Below are positions 1-9,904 of a DNA stretch of 63,536 bases, piece by piece. Position numbers and translations under genes: made by a program. This DNA comes from a virus (taxonomy: Duplodnaviria > Caudoviricetes). Below the pieces are notes generated by a model, which saw only the letters and a list, made by a program, of their open reading frames with translations, had not been told where the DNA came from and ran no database searches. The number at the start of each line of letters is the position of its first letter. Within the stretch, counting starts at the first letter, position 1. The stretch covers positions 1 to 63,536 of IMG/VR virus record IMGVR_UViG_3300033153_003999, one strand, 5' to 3'.

Positions 1-4
1 CATA

Positions 5-575
5 ATGGCTGATAAATCAAAAATCGAATGGACTGAGGCCACCTGGAACCCTGTCACCGGCTGCACCAAGGTTAGTCAGGGCTGCAAGAACTGTTATGCC
101 GAACGTACCTGGAATCGCCTGTCTGCGAATCCGAAAACAGTTTACTACGGTCGCAAGTTTACCGACGTGCAATGTCACCCTGAGCGCTTGGATCAGCCTC
201 TACGCTGGAAGAAGCCGCGCAAGATCTTTGTTAACAGTATGAGCGATCTGTTTCACGAGGATGTGCCGTTTGAATTTATAGCTGATGTTTTTAATGTGAT
301 GGCAGAGGCCAAGCATCACATATTCCAAGTGCTGACAAAGCGACCAGAAAGGATGTTGGAATTTTTCAAATGGTGGAGCACGATTATTGATAATAAATTT
401 ATGCAAGAGGAATTCCCGCACGTCTGGCTCGGTGTTTCAGTCGAAGACCAGGAGACCGCCAACGAACGTATCCCGCTGTTACTACAAACACCAGCTGCCG
501 TGCGGTGGTTAAGCATGGAGCCATTACTGGGGCCGGTTAATATCTGTCCTAAATGCTTGGGTAAAATGCCGAAAA
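5..575 (+). CDS. DUF5131 (phage Gp37/Gp68) radical-SAM-like protein, 5' part, alternative allele; apparent stop at 589 is caused by the 49-bp duplication
   Basis: [24 protein letters not shown] (Cx6Cx2C), [27 protein letters not shown] motifs. Confidence 0.9.
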
Positions 576-624
576 CTGGGGCCGGTTAATATCTGTCCTA
601 AATGCTTGGGTAAAATGCCGAAAA
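527..624. repeat. 49-bp exact tandem duplication (527-575, 576-624); third copy forms the window end (63488-63536)
   Basis: ctggggccggttaatatctgtcctaaatgcttgggtaaaatgccgaaaa read three times. Confidence 0.97.
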
Positions 625-1013
625 ATCTTTGTAGAGGTGATGATCGAGACAAAGGACATTACATGCCTCGGCTCTGGGGATATTCAAGCGACTGTCGATT
701 TAGAATGCTTGATTGGGTAGTAGTCGGCGGCGAATCCGGACCCAAAGCCAGACCCATGCACCCTGACTGGGTGCGGTCATTACGCGATCAATGTCTTGCT
801 GCCAATGTGCCGTTCTTCTTTAAGCAGTGGGGAGAATGGTTGCCGGGAAGCCCGGGGCATCATAACTGGATTAATTGGCAAGACGGATCTCAAGACAACA
901 AAACAGGAGTCATGGCCCAAGGTTTCGTTGATGGGGAAACCGTTGCCGCGCGCGTCGGCAAAAAAGCCGCTGGCCGTTTACTGGATGGCTACACTTGGGA
1001 TGGGATGCCATGA
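576..1013 (+). CDS. DUF5131 protein, 3' part; joins in frame with 62909-63536 on circularisation, or with 5-526
   Basis: [51 protein letters not shown]. Confidence 0.9.
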   Translation: MGPVNICPKCLGKMPKNLCRGDDRDKGHYMPRLWGYSSDCRFRMLDWVVVGGESGPKARPMHPDWVRSLRDQCLAANVPFFFKQWGEWLPGSPGHHNWINWQDGSQDNKTGVMAQGFVDGETVAARVGKKAAGRLLDGYTWDGMP

Positions 1014-1603
1014 ATAAGCCAATTCTCATAGAAGATGATCGGCTAACTCCAGACATGGGGCGCATCAGAAGCGGCAGCACTCAATTATTTAGACGAAAAG
1101 GTTTGGATAATAAATTTACTAGTACAGAAAATGCCGACGTCATTCTTGAGCCATCAAACAGGGAACTATATGCGGAGTTATTAGACGGCAAGTGGTATTG
1201 GATAAACGGTTGCGCTGAATGTAATGGCAAGCCACGAGACTGGACGACTTATATTGAATGTGAAAAACATAATGTCTGCCGAACGTGCAGCATTCCCAGA
1301 AAAGAATTAAAGGAACCCCCGTGGGGTGGAAAACATGGGTGGCAATGCAAACCCTGTGCCGATGTTGAGCGTAAAGCTAAAAAAATCGCAGCACTGGAGA
1401 CTATAGAAAAAAAAGAATACGACGCCTGGGATTACAAATATACAGACGAGGTTCTCTGTCCTCATTGTGGAACCGAGCAAAACACAGAATATGGTGATGG
1501 CGGGGAAAGAGAGTGCCGTCTGTGCAACGGTAAATTCTCTCTCGAAATTGATCATGCAGTAAAATATTCGACCGAAGTGATAGGCGACAGGATAATGCCA
1601 TGA
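1010..1603 (+). CDS. Cys-rich (zinc-ribbon) hypothetical phage protein
   Basis: Several CxxC pairs; ATGA coupling at both ends. Confidence 0.75.
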   Translation: MNKPILIEDDRLTPDMGRIRSGSTQLFRRKGLDNKFTSTENADVILEPSNRELYAELLDGKWYWINGCAECNGKPRDWTTYIECEKHNVCRTCSIPRKELKEPPWGGKHGWQCKPCADVERKAKKIAALETIEKKEYDAWDYKYTDEVLCPHCGTEQNTEYGDGGERECRLCNGKFSLEIDHAVKYSTEVIGDRIMP

Positions 1604-2283
1604 ACGACAAACCAATCCTATTCAACACCGATATGGTCTGCGCCCTATTGGATGGTCGGAAGACACAGACGCGGCGGATAGTTAAGCCGCAGCCAGAGCA
1701 TCGGGAAAATGAATCCTTGCCGGGAGAATTTGGCACATTCTTTCATGGTTGGAATCTAGATCATCCAGCCATGTCGATTAAAGACATCTTGCAGTATTGT
1801 CCCTACGGCAAACCCGGCGATCTGCTTTGGGTGCGGGAGAGCGCGATCAATCACAGCATCCTGAAGGCCCACGGTAGCAAGCGATATATGGACGTGAAAT
1901 ACGTCGCTGACGAATCAGTCACCAGAGACGTCCGCTATCCCAGCCGATTAGCTCGACCGATCCTTGACCACAAAATGCCCAATGGGTGCTACCGGGAGGC
2001 CTCACGCCTAACCCTTCGCATTACCAATGTAAGGGTGGAGCGGGTGCAGGATATATCCGAGGAAAATGCGAGGGCGGAAGGCGCTGAAAGTTATGACGTG
2101 AGCACGCTAAGCGACGACGAGATATTTCTGTTAGATGCTCCTGTCCTCAATCGATCTACGCCCTATAAAAATGGATTCTCGATGCTATGGGACTCAGTAA
2201 ATGGCCCCGACGCATGGGATCGCAACGACTGGGTATGGGTAATCGAATTTGAAGTGATAAAGCAGAATGTCGATGAAATATAA
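1600..2283 (+). CDS. ASCH/PUA-like phage protein
   Basis: PILFNTDMV..LDGRKTQTRR, CPYGKPGDLLWVRE, SRLTLRITNVRVERVQDISE, WVWVIEF. Confidence 0.8.
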   Translation: MNDKPILFNTDMVCALLDGRKTQTRRIVKPQPEHRENESLPGEFGTFFHGWNLDHPAMSIKDILQYCPYGKPGDLLWVRESAINHSILKAHGSKRYMDVKYVADESVTRDVRYPSRLARPILDHKMPNGCYREASRLTLRITNVRVERVQDISEENARAEGAESYDVSTLSDDEIFLLDAPVLNRSTPYKNGFSMLWDSVNGPDAWDRNDWVWVIEFEVIKQNVDEI

Positions 2284-2575
2284 CGACGACATCAACGACG
2301 AGACCGAGGGCGCTACGCACTTCTGCGAGATCTGCGGCCATGGCGATACCGCTGCCCAGGTTGGCGAGCACGTGCTCTGTCGCCGTCACAAACCGGTAGC
2401 CATTGAGGCGTGGAAAGCCGATGGCGCCATGACGTATGACCGGCGCGAGGCCAAGTGTGTCGAGGTCGCCAAAGCAGCTGGTCGTGAGGACTATGAGCAG
2501 GAGGACTGCGACAGCCCAGCGCAACCAAACTGGAAATGCCCGGGTTGTCCGTTCAAGCGGGGTTGGCATTATTAA
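2267..2575 (+). CDS. hypothetical protein
   Basis: ORF coupled to neighbours in the rightward operon. Confidence 0.55.
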   Translation: MSMKYNDDINDETEGATHFCEICGHGDTAAQVGEHVLCRRHKPVAIEAWKADGAMTYDRREAKCVEVAKAAGREDYEQEDCDSPAQPNWKCPGCPFKRGWHY

Positions 2576-2921
2576 CAACGATACGCTGCAGCCACGGGAG
2601 ATAGCAATGTTGTGGATCGACAGCAGGGGCAAACCAGAGGAGGAGCGCCGTGCATTACTCGAGGAACAGATCCAGCAATATGCGAATCCCGAGGGCTGTC
2701 GGGCGATGGTGCGGCACTATGTCAATCAATACGTGGCGGAGGAGAAGAAGCGTGGACAAAATACTTGAAATGTTGGACGAGATGATCGAAGGCGACCAGG
2801 AGGGCCTGACCGACTGGGAGAAAAAATTTATCAAGTCGGTCAATCGTCAGCGCAAGAAAGGCCTAACCGCCAGACAGAACATGCACATATCCCAGATCTG
2901 GGACAAGTGGAGAAAAATACA

Positions 2922-3215
2922 ATGAACAAGGTTGAGTATCTGCTTACAGTTCTTGGCGAGGAGTGTGCCGAGGTTATCCATCGCGCGTCGAAGGTGAAGC
3001 GGTTTGGTCTGCATGAAGTCGAGCCCGGGCAACACAAGACGAATGTTGAGAGGTTGAATCTGGAGGTCAACGATCTCATGGGTGCCATCGAAGAGCTGCA
3101 AGATGCTGGTGTGGACATCGTTTTTAACATCAAAGCGATAGAGCGGAAGCGGGCCAAGATCCGGAAGTACATGCGCTACTCCCGTAAGTGCGGCTGCCTG
3201 GAAGCCGATGGATAG
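2922..3215 (+). CDS. MazG-like nucleotide pyrophosphohydrolase-fold protein
   Basis: LGEECAEV...LNLEVNDL acidic helix motifs. Confidence 0.6.
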   Translation: MNKVEYLLTVLGEECAEVIHRASKVKRFGLHEVEPGQHKTNVERLNLEVNDLMGAIEELQDAGVDIVFNIKAIERKRAKIRKYMRYSRKCGCLEADG

Positions 3216-3364
3216 GATCCATTGCGTGGCTGTCTTGTTGGCGTATTTTGCCAGCGCACACATATTCGCGGTAGCGATGGTGAGGCACGATTTTTGGTTG
3301 GCCGCGCTCTGGCTGGTGATTGGCATGTTTTACGTTCGTCAAAAAACGCTGTTAGAGGGGAGAA

Positions 3365-3907
3365 ATGGCCGTCATAAATAAACCAGGGCGCGAGCCAATC
3401 AAGTGGAATGAGCACAAAGCTCAGAACGAGCTTGCGTCGTATTGTATCCAGCGCCAGCACCAGATCTATGTCCCCAATTTTCAGGCCTTCCCTTATTTCG
3501 AGAACGATCTGGCCTCGATCACGAAGGCCGGTCTCTCGCACGTGTTTGAGATTAAATGTAGTCGCAGCGATTTTCTTAAAGAGTTTGGGCCAGGACGAGC
3601 GAGCCGCATAAAAAGTGACAGGCTGAATCAGTACGAAAGGCGAGACTGTCGAGGTGCTAATTATTTTTGGCTGGTGTGCCCGGAGAATATTATCAAGTCC
3701 ATGGACGAAATACCGGAGTGGGCTGGCGTTATTTGGCTACACCCAGACCGGGATCCGCGTGATAGCTGGTGCCGAGATCACACCGTTGAACGCACGGCGC
3801 CGAGGCTGCACGGTGAGAAGGCGAACCCCGAGGTTATTCTCAAAATGGGGCATGGTCTTGGCATTAGATACTGGGATAAGCGGAGGTTCGATCAAATAAA
3901 TGGCTAA
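3365..3907 (+). CDS. PD-(D/E)xK nuclease-like protein (MmcB-like)
   Basis: ENDL...FEIKCSRSDF...ANYFWLVCP...EIPEWAGVI. Confidence 0.65.
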   Translation: MAVINKPGREPIKWNEHKAQNELASYCIQRQHQIYVPNFQAFPYFENDLASITKAGLSHVFEIKCSRSDFLKEFGPGRASRIKSDRLNQYERRDCRGANYFWLVCPENIIKSMDEIPEWAGVIWLHPDRDPRDSWCRDHTVERTAPRLHGEKANPEVILKMGHGLGIRYWDKRRFDQING

Positions 3908-4133
3908 GAGCACTATCACGCTGGCCTGTATGCCGGGTGAGATCAGAATTGGTGACGTGTTAACTGGGCTGAGCAGCGGTGAAGACGTGACCGTTTGGGA
4001 AATCACCAGCGAGACATCGTTTACGGTCAAGCCGTGGCGCTGGTATCACAAGTATCAGCTGGCGGTGCTGGCTGCTGGCTGGTGGTATTGGTTGTTGGCG
4101 GGTGTAATTTTTATCATGGAGAAACTGCAATGA
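3900..4133 (+). CDS. small membrane protein
   Basis: C-terminal hydrophobic helix; overlaps neighbours. Confidence 0.55.
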   Translation: MAKSTITLACMPGEIRIGDVLTGLSSGEDVTVWEITSETSFTVKPWRWYHKYQLAVLAAGWWYWLLAGVIFIMEKLQ

Positions 4134-4342
4134 GAAATATAGATTGGGAAACTTGGGGGCCGATGCTTGTCGCATTTGTGTTGGTGGTGCTGATGTTGAC
4201 CTATCTCGGGTCGTGGGCAAAGGCCGAGCGCAAATGCCTTGCTGCCGGTTACAAGTCTGGCAAGATTGATGTTCTGTTGACTGGCTACTGCATCAAGCGC
4301 GTAGACCAGACCGATGTCGTGGTACCGTTGAAAAAAATATAG
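4130..4342 (+). CDS. small membrane protein
   Basis: ATGA overlap, GGAG RBS, N-terminal TM helix. Confidence 0.55.
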   Translation: MRNIDWETWGPMLVAFVLVVLMLTYLGSWAKAERKCLAAGYKSGKIDVLLTGYCIKRVDQTDVVVPLKKI

Positions 4343-4353
4343 AGGAGACCGTT

Positions 4354-4611
4354 ATGGAATTACATGAGCGAATAATACAGGCCAATGATTTGGCAACCTT
4401 GTTAAAGGACACGAAAAGCAGGCGTGTTGGCGCGTCACGATGCGGCAATAAGAATAATGCTGTTAGTTTTGGTACGAGAACTTTTGGTACTGGTGAGCGC
4501 GCCCAAAAGGTAGCAGATGAAATTACCGCTATTGCCGAAAAATACAACGCTGAATATATCAATGAGCTTGAAGAGCAAGTGGCGAAAGCATTTGCTGGGG
4601 TGGAAAAATAG
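4354..4611 (+). CDS. hypothetical protein
   Basis: AGAGGAGAC RBS before ATG. Confidence 0.7.
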   Translation: MELHERIIQANDLATLLKDTKSRRVGASRCGNKNNAVSFGTRTFGTGERAQKVADEITAIAEKYNAEYINELEEQVAKAFAGVEK

Positions 4612-4931
4612 CCCTTGATGGTCGGCCGCCAACAGTTGCGGAACAAAGATGGCTGGATCGGATCTGCGAGCCTGACATTGGTTGTATCGTTTGCAGGCTG
4701 TACTTGCGGGTGTACTCGCCGGCAGAGCCGCACCACCCCGAGGGCAAGACCAAGCCGGGGGCGCACGCCATGGCGTTCCCGCTGTGCCCGAACCATCACC
4801 GCAATCCGGGTGAAGGCTATGAGACCCGGCACGGTAACAAGGCAAGGTTCGAGGCTGAGTACGGAACTGAAACCGAACTACTGGAGGCCACCAGGAAGCT
4901 GGTGAAGATAATGGATGACGTGCAGGCATAA
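4608..4931 (+). CDS. Ref-like (recombination enhancement) HNH-fold nuclease, probable ATA start
   Basis: Frame reads xALDGRPPTVAEQRWLDRI..GCIVC..PHH..PLCPNHHR..FEAEYGTETELL. Confidence 0.75.
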   Translation: MALDGRPPTVAEQRWLDRICEPDIGCIVCRLYLRVYSPAEPHHPEGKTKPGAHAMAFPLCPNHHRNPGEGYETRHGNKARFEAEYGTETELLEATRKLVKIMDDVQA

Positions 4932-5011
4932 GCGGCTGAAAGTGAAGGGCTGCAACACCATCCGATGTGGCCGGTGCGGTATCGTGATGGGATTCAAGAA
5001 GGAGACGAAAG

Positions 5012-5458
5012 ATGCGAGAGCGACCACTGTTGACCCAGGACGATCTAAGAAAGGCGGCAACGGATCTGATAAAGCTGGGCGAGCACCTGCCGCTGCTGAT
5101 GACCCTTACCGAGGGGAAGGAGACACGACGGGGTAAGCAGAACGCGCGGTACTGGGCGACGTTGTCTGACTGGCGGGAGATGATTGAGAATTCGATTATG
5201 ATTACATCGGTGCACACGGGTTATACGCCGCTCGAGGTCAGACGACTGGCGGCAGACAGGTTGCCGCACGAGCAGGCCGCGATCTTGTTCATTCGTAAGA
5301 GCGAGGGTGTGCACGATGTCTTGAAGGCCTGCGCCGGGATCCCGACCAGCACGCGCCTGGGCACGAAAGAGTTTAGTAAATTTGACGCTGAAATGGAGCG
5401 AGTAATGGCCGAGATCCTTGGCGAAGTAAACGCAGTACAGATGAAGGCCGGAGCATGA
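5012..5458 (+). CDS. NinB-like recombination protein
   Basis: R..KQNARYWA and STRLGTKEFSKF motifs. Confidence 0.65.
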   Translation: MRERPLLTQDDLRKAATDLIKLGEHLPLLMTLTEGKETRRGKQNARYWATLSDWREMIENSIMITSVHTGYTPLEVRRLAADRLPHEQAAILFIRKSEGVHDVLKACAGIPTSTRLGTKEFSKFDAEMERVMAEILGEVNAVQMKAGA

Positions 5459-5646
5459 CGGACACGCACAGGGATCCAACGCTGGAAGCCGCGCAGCGAT
5501 CCGAGATTAAGGCAAAGGGTTGTGCCGTTTGTCGGCGAAGAAAGAAAAGTTTCTGGGGCTACTTCACCTGCACCATCGGCAGGCGGTTCCCGAAGTGTAG
5601 GAGCGAAGGTAAGTTTAAGTTGATTGTTGAACCAGAGGAGGCGTGA
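5455..5646 (+). CDS. small Cys-rich protein
   Basis: ATGA overlap; CxxC. Confidence 0.55.
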   Translation: MTDTHRDPTLEAAQRSEIKAKGCAVCRRRKKSFWGYFTCTIGRRFPKCRSEGKFKLIVEPEEA

Positions 5647-5791
5647 TGTTCAAACCAGACAGGAAGATGCATAAATGTAGTGACTGCAAACGCAAGGCGA
5701 CGCACGTGCGATCGTGGTTTCACCGGATCTGGCTGTGCAAGTGGGAGTGCACGAAATGTGGCAAGCAGGTTTGGAGGTTGGTGTTGTGACT

Positions 5792-6172
5792 ATGTTCGTT
5801 TGTCCCAAGTGTGGTGGCACCTGTTGGGTTACGAAGAACTCGGGCGCGCCAGTAGAGGAATGGGTTCGTTATTGCAAGTCTCCGGACTGTGATTTCTCGT
5901 GGCCTATTGCGGAGGATTCCGTTTACCTGGATACCGAGGGGTCGGCCTGGACTTCTTTTAAAGAGAAGCTGCCTGCAATTGATGAAGTGTTCGATGTTTG
6001 GGTGACGCGCCGGGATGCTGTTACGAAAAGCGACAGCGGTTATCGGGTTTGTGATTGTTGGCCGATGGATCCCATGGGGATTGTGCACACCAACGCCAAG
6101 ACTGGTCAGGTAGAAGTTGTGTACGGCGCAACCCACTGGATGATGCGTCCAGACGGCCCGGAGGCAGGCTGA
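5792..6172 (+). CDS. zinc ribbon plus DUF551-like protein
   Basis: CPKCG; WTSFKEKLP...ATHWMMRP. Confidence 0.6.
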   Translation: MFVCPKCGGTCWVTKNSGAPVEEWVRYCKSPDCDFSWPIAEDSVYLDTEGSAWTSFKEKLPAIDEVFDVWVTRRDAVTKSDSGYRVCDCWPMDPMGIVHTNAKTGQVEVVYGATHWMMRPDGPEAG

Positions 6173-6377
6173 TGAACATGCTCGGATCGTACTTTGTTGC
6201 AGCTTATCGTCGAGCGATTAAGAAGCTGACGCCGCGCAAGCGAATTGAATTGCGTTATCTGACTTGGGCCGAGGCTGATGATTTAATCAAAGCGGATCCG
6301 CGTTGGCGTATCGCGCAAGAAGAGGATGATAACGCGACCATTGGCATGGTCTATCTCGAGCTGATGGAGGCCGACTG

Positions 6378-6566
6378 ATGGGCGATAAATCTATAATTTG
6401 GCGTGTCACCAGCGATCTGAGGTGGCGTCTTCATTACGCATCACCGACACAACATCACCACCAGCTGCAAGAGGTTCGTGTCCTCGAACAAAAATGGATT
6501 TCGGAGTCTGGTGAGGAAAGATGGGACGAGATCCCGACAGTTAATAGTGAAGGAAAGCCGGTCTGA
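6378..6566 (+). CDS. hypothetical protein
   Basis: GGAGG RBS, TGATG coupling. Confidence 0.6.
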   Translation: MGDKSIIWRVTSDLRWRLHYASPTQHHHQLQEVRVLEQKWISESGEERWDEIPTVNSEGKPV

Positions 6567-6997
6567 TGGCTGAATGGTGGGACAGTTTCGTTTCTTCTGG
6601 CGGGATCTGGTTCTGGGGTTTTATTCTTCTCGGGATAGCGGCTGCCTGCGAGCGCGACGAGTTTGAGAACCGTGGCTGGCCGAAGAAGCCCGATGAATAC
6701 TGGAAGCCACCGAAGCGATAGCCATGGAGAAGGAAGAAGAACACCCGCAAATGTCTTTACCTGGAATTACTGGAGGATTGATGCACACGATTGAATTGCA
6801 CTGGCACTCGCTGATGGCTGGCGTTGTGATGGGAGGCATGGCTGTGCTTCTTGGATGGTTTATTGATGACTACTTGGAAGATGTTGCAGCCAAGGCCAGC
6901 CTACGGAAAGAGACGCTGGCCGTGATCGAGAAGGATTTAGCCACGAACGGTTGTATTCGGAAAAAAATCGATAGCTACACAATTACGCAAGTGCAAT

Positions 6998-7456
6998 ATG
7001 GTATTGCGATGGTTGCGAACTGTGCCCATTGAGCGTGGCACGCCTGTCGTCATCACAGTACCCGAAGCAAGCCCGACCCTGAACCAGATTAAAGGCCTGC
7101 ACCACCAGGCTTACAAGCGGCTAAGGGACGGCTGGGCATGGAAGATCAAGGCCGCACTGATGAAGATGCGGTATCACGCGCCCGTCATCGAGTTCTGTTT
7201 CATTGATGTCGAGCGCTGGTCGTATCACTCGAGCGCCAAGAAACCGGACTGGGACGGTCTCTATGGTGGACTCAAGCCGGTGCTGGATTGTCTGGTGGTA
7301 GTCAGCAAGTCGAGTCCGAGTGGTCTCGGTGTTATCCGTGACGACGATCCATACCACATTATGTCGCTGACAGCTGAGCCATACCTTGCGGCAAAGGGCG
7401 AAAACAAGACCGTGATTACAATTACACCATTGATAACCGAGCAGGAGGAGACATGA
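6998..7456 (+). CDS. RusA-like Holliday junction resolvase
   Basis: PTLNQ...PDWDGL..GLKPVLDCL...GVIRDDD. Confidence 0.7.
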   Translation: MVLRWLRTVPIERGTPVVITVPEASPTLNQIKGLHHQAYKRLRDGWAWKIKAALMKMRYHAPVIEFCFIDVERWSYHSSAKKPDWDGLYGGLKPVLDCLVVVSKSSPSGLGVIRDDDPYHIMSLTAEPYLAAKGENKTVITITPLITEQEET

Positions 7457-7824
7457 GAGAGATTAAATTCAGGGCTTGGGATTCTTTACACAACGATATG
7501 TCGCTGCCATTCGATCTTGGGGAAGATTTCAACTTCTTTTGCGAAGAGCATAAAAAGCACACAGTCCCGCATAATTGTGTAGTGAACCAACAATTCACCG
7601 TCATGCAATACACCGGACTAAAAGACAAGAACAGTGTGGAGATATATGAAGGGGATATTGTAAAGCTCATAGGCTGGAATTATACGGGCTATGTGGTTTT
7701 TGAGCATTGCGAGTTCATTACAAAGAACAATAGTGAAAAGTCATATTCGCTCTCTCCGAAAGAAGGTGAACAGCTAGAAGTAATCGGAAACATCTACGAA
7801 AACCCGGAGCTGTTGGGTGATTGA
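7453..7824 (+). CDS. YopX family protein
   Basis: MREIKFRAWD...MQYTGLKDKN..EIYEGDIV...EVIGNIYENPELL. Confidence 0.93.
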   Translation: MREIKFRAWDSLHNDMSLPFDLGEDFNFFCEEHKKHTVPHNCVVNQQFTVMQYTGLKDKNSVEIYEGDIVKLIGWNYTGYVVFEHCEFITKNNSEKSYSLSPKEGEQLEVIGNIYENPELLGD

Positions 7825-8197
7825 GTGGGTGGACGATGAATTAAAGTCGTGGGCGCGCTGGGCCAGTCAACGCATTGACAGCGGTCTCGGCTACCCGAAC
7901 AAGACGCTCGAGGCCGAAATGATACGCATGGGCGGGATCCTGATAAGCGGGAGCGGCGCCTGGTCGTCACCGACTAACCCGCGAGCGGAGTTTGTGGAGC
8001 GGTGTATCAACAAGCTCGGTGAAAAGCATCGAGAGGTCGTGCTGGTCAGGTATCTGACGTTTGGGCCCCCGCTGGAAAAGGCCAAACAACTGCACTGCTC
8101 GGTCAAGCACTACTACCATCAGGTGCACAAGGCGCACCAGCGGATGGAGGAGATCTATTTCAAGCTGAAAACCCCGCTTGACGCCGTAGGTGAATGA
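7817..8197 (+). CDS. antitermination protein Q-like late regulator
   Basis: L..WARWA N-terminus and C-terminal HTH; last gene of the nin-like region. Confidence 0.7.
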   Translation: MIEWVDDELKSWARWASQRIDSGLGYPNKTLEAEMIRMGGILISGSGAWSSPTNPRAEFVERCINKLGEKHREVVLVRYLTFGPPLEKAKQLHCSVKHYYHQVHKAHQRMEEIYFKLKTPLDAVGE

Positions 8198-8206
8198 ATA
8201 TAGTCT
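8178..8206 (+). promoter_or_regulatory. sigma70-type promoter (pR'-like)
   Basis: TTGACG-17 bp-TAGTCT at the end of the Q-like gene, followed by a terminator. Confidence 0.6.
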
Positions 8207-8272
8207 TTTTCTCCAGGATAACGGTTCTGCCCCCGCGGGGCCGGGATCCGGAATACCCCTGATGATGATCTT

Positions 8273-8302
8273 AAAACTCCTCGCCTGCCGGGGAGTTTTT
8301 TT
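8273..8302 (+). terminator. intrinsic terminator (tR'-like)
   Basis: AAAACTCCTCG-CCTGC-CGGGGAGTTTTTTT. Confidence 0.8.
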
Positions 8303-8306
8303 ATGC

Positions 8307-8331
8307 AAAAAAAAGCCCGCCAGAGCGGGCT
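8307..8331 (-). terminator. intrinsic terminator of the leftward cluster
   Basis: AGCCCGC/GCGGGCT hairpin with T8 on the minus strand. Confidence 0.85.
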
Positions 8332-8343
8332 CAAGGTGAGCGG

Positions 8344-8541
8344 CTATCGCCGCAGCACAGAGGTTATGTCATCGGGATTGATCCAGATCTCTGACATGAG
8401 ATCGGTTACCCGGACTTTGGTTTTGCTGATGAAAGTCACAACTCCTTGCCGTTCAACGGCTGTGTTGTGGGTGTCACGGCCAAGTGGGTAAAACTTGACG
8501 CTGGATCCCATGCCGAAAGTGTTACCGGTATCAGGTTCCAT
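8344..8541 (-). CDS. hypothetical protein
   Basis: Last ORF before the minus-strand terminator. Confidence 0.55.
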   Translation of the reverse strand: MEPDTGNTFGMGSSVKFYPLGRDTHNTAVERQGVVTFISKTKVRVTDLMSEIWINPDDITSVLRR

Positions 8542-8800
8542 GATAGTGCTCCAGTATGTAGGCTTCGATTGCTTCTATCTGGTGGTGCGACAAAAGCGGA
8601 AAGATATCGATAACGACGTCGCTGAGTTCCACGGTAGCCGAGTCGAGATCCACTTTGGCTGGCTCTGCCGGTGATGTTTCCAGATCCCCTATGTGCCGGG
8701 TTGGTGGCAATGCCCTGTGATATTCATAGGATATGACAGCGTGCCATTCGCTGCCTTCACCCATGACATCAAGCTCAACGGTGACGGATGCGTTCATCAT
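8531..8800 (-). CDS. hypothetical protein
   Basis: Coupled ORF in the leftward cluster. Confidence 0.65.
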   Translation of the reverse strand: MMNASVTVELDVMGEGSEWHAVISYEYHRALPPTRHIGDLETSPAEPAKVDLDSATVELSDVVIDIFPLLSHHQIEAIEAYILEHYHGT

Positions 8801-9099
8801 AGCGAGAGCGCCTGTTGGCCGTGGCTTGTTTCAGACACGGCTGGCTCTTCGTTCTCCAAGGGCAGGATGTTATCGATCCGGGTATGGACGTTGATAACGA
8901 TCCAGCCACTATTCTGGAGTTCGATCATGCCGGAGTAGCCATCATAGAAACGAGACTCTTCGACTTCGCGCAGGATGCCGTCGAAGTTGCTGTTCTTCCA
9001 GTCGTCCACCTTGCGATTGAACCGTGCCGGTGGCTTGGGTGTGCCATCGCGTACTGATACGCGCTGACCGATCGCTGCTATTGCTTGTTCATGGTTCAT
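8797..9099 (-). CDS. hypothetical protein
   Basis: AGAGGAGAC RBS. Confidence 0.75.
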   Translation of the reverse strand: MNHEQAIAAIGQRVSVRDGTPKPPARFNRKVDDWKNSNFDGILREVEESRFYDGYSGMIELQNSGWIVINVHTRIDNILPLENEEPAVSETSHGQQALSL

Positions 9100-9160
9100 G
9101 GTCGTCTCCTCTGTGATTACGGGTTAGATCCGTATGCCCCCTCCGAGAGGCATAGAGATT

Positions 9161-9565
9161 TTATTCGTAGTGTGGCCGCTCTTTCGGATAGTTCTTACCA
9201 TGGTGAGATTCGATAGCGATTCGGTACTGGCCCATCGACGATACGGACGAGATGCTTGGACGACCTTCGTTCATTTCGACTTCACGCATTTTGCACTCGG
9301 CCCTCCAGTGAGGGTATGAGCCGCCAGCAGGTAGGGGCACGGAATCAACCAGCTCGCTGGTGTTGAAGTACCAGCCACCTTCCTCTGGCCCACCGTATGC
9401 GCGGTCGTCCAGATAGGTGTTGATGTACAAGGGCATGGCGCGGATCTCGAGATCGAGCAAATGCGCGACGTGAGAGAAGGCACCGGCGCCGAACGCGTTG
9501 ATCGCCACGGCACGGTTAAAGGTGAGATTGTTTAGGTATTGCTGCTGGTTCACGTCAGCCTCCAA
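9161..9565 (-). CDS. hypothetical phage protein (YGGPEEGGW motif); start may be GTG at 9553
   Basis: RAYGGPEEGGWYF; GGAGG lies before the GTG. Confidence 0.7.
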   Translation of the reverse strand: MEADVNQQQYLNNLTFNRAVAINAFGAGAFSHVAHLLDLEIRAMPLYINTYLDDRAYGGPEEGGWYFNTSELVDSVPLPAGGSYPHWRAECKMREVEMNEGRPSISSVSSMGQYRIAIESHHGKNYPKERPHYE

Positions 9566-9640
9566 AGGGGGCAGCGGCCAAGGCCACCACCACCCAAATG
9601 ATGATTGGGTAGAAATCTGCCCAGATTTTGCGGAGCGTGC

Positions 9641-9904
9641 TCATAAAGTCTCGAATACGCCGTTGTCATTCTCGTAATCGATGCGAGTACAGCCGGCATT
9701 GACCATGCCGAAATCATCGAGGGGATCGAATGCTTCCTCGGTGCACTGGCCTTGGTAGTACAGGATGTCGTCATCGTCATACATGCGGAAGCGATGCGGG
9801 TAGTTGTGCATCTTGTCTTCCTTTTTGGCGCCATTACTGTAGATGAAAGCCGGGCCTTCATCCTTGCAGGGGCCGTGGAAGTCGGTGATTATGAACTTAG
9901 CCAT
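9641..9904 (-). CDS. small acidic phage protein
   Basis: FRMYDDDDILYYQG...PLDDFG..NAGCTRI; AGAGGAGAC RBS. Confidence 0.75.
   Translation of the reverse strand: MAKFIITDFHGPCKDEGPAFIYSNGAKKEDKMHNYPHRFRMYDDDDILYYQGQCTEEAFDPLDDFGMVNAGCTRIDYENDNGVFETL

Noticed and set aside
5-1013. DUF5131 pseudogene or programmed frameshift
   Set aside because: The break coincides exactly with the 49-bp overlap also found at the window end; an assembly join is the simpler explanation
4615-4905. 96-aa ORF overlapping the Ref-like gene
   Set aside because: An Arg-rich alternative frame; the other frame carries the conserved Cys/His motifs
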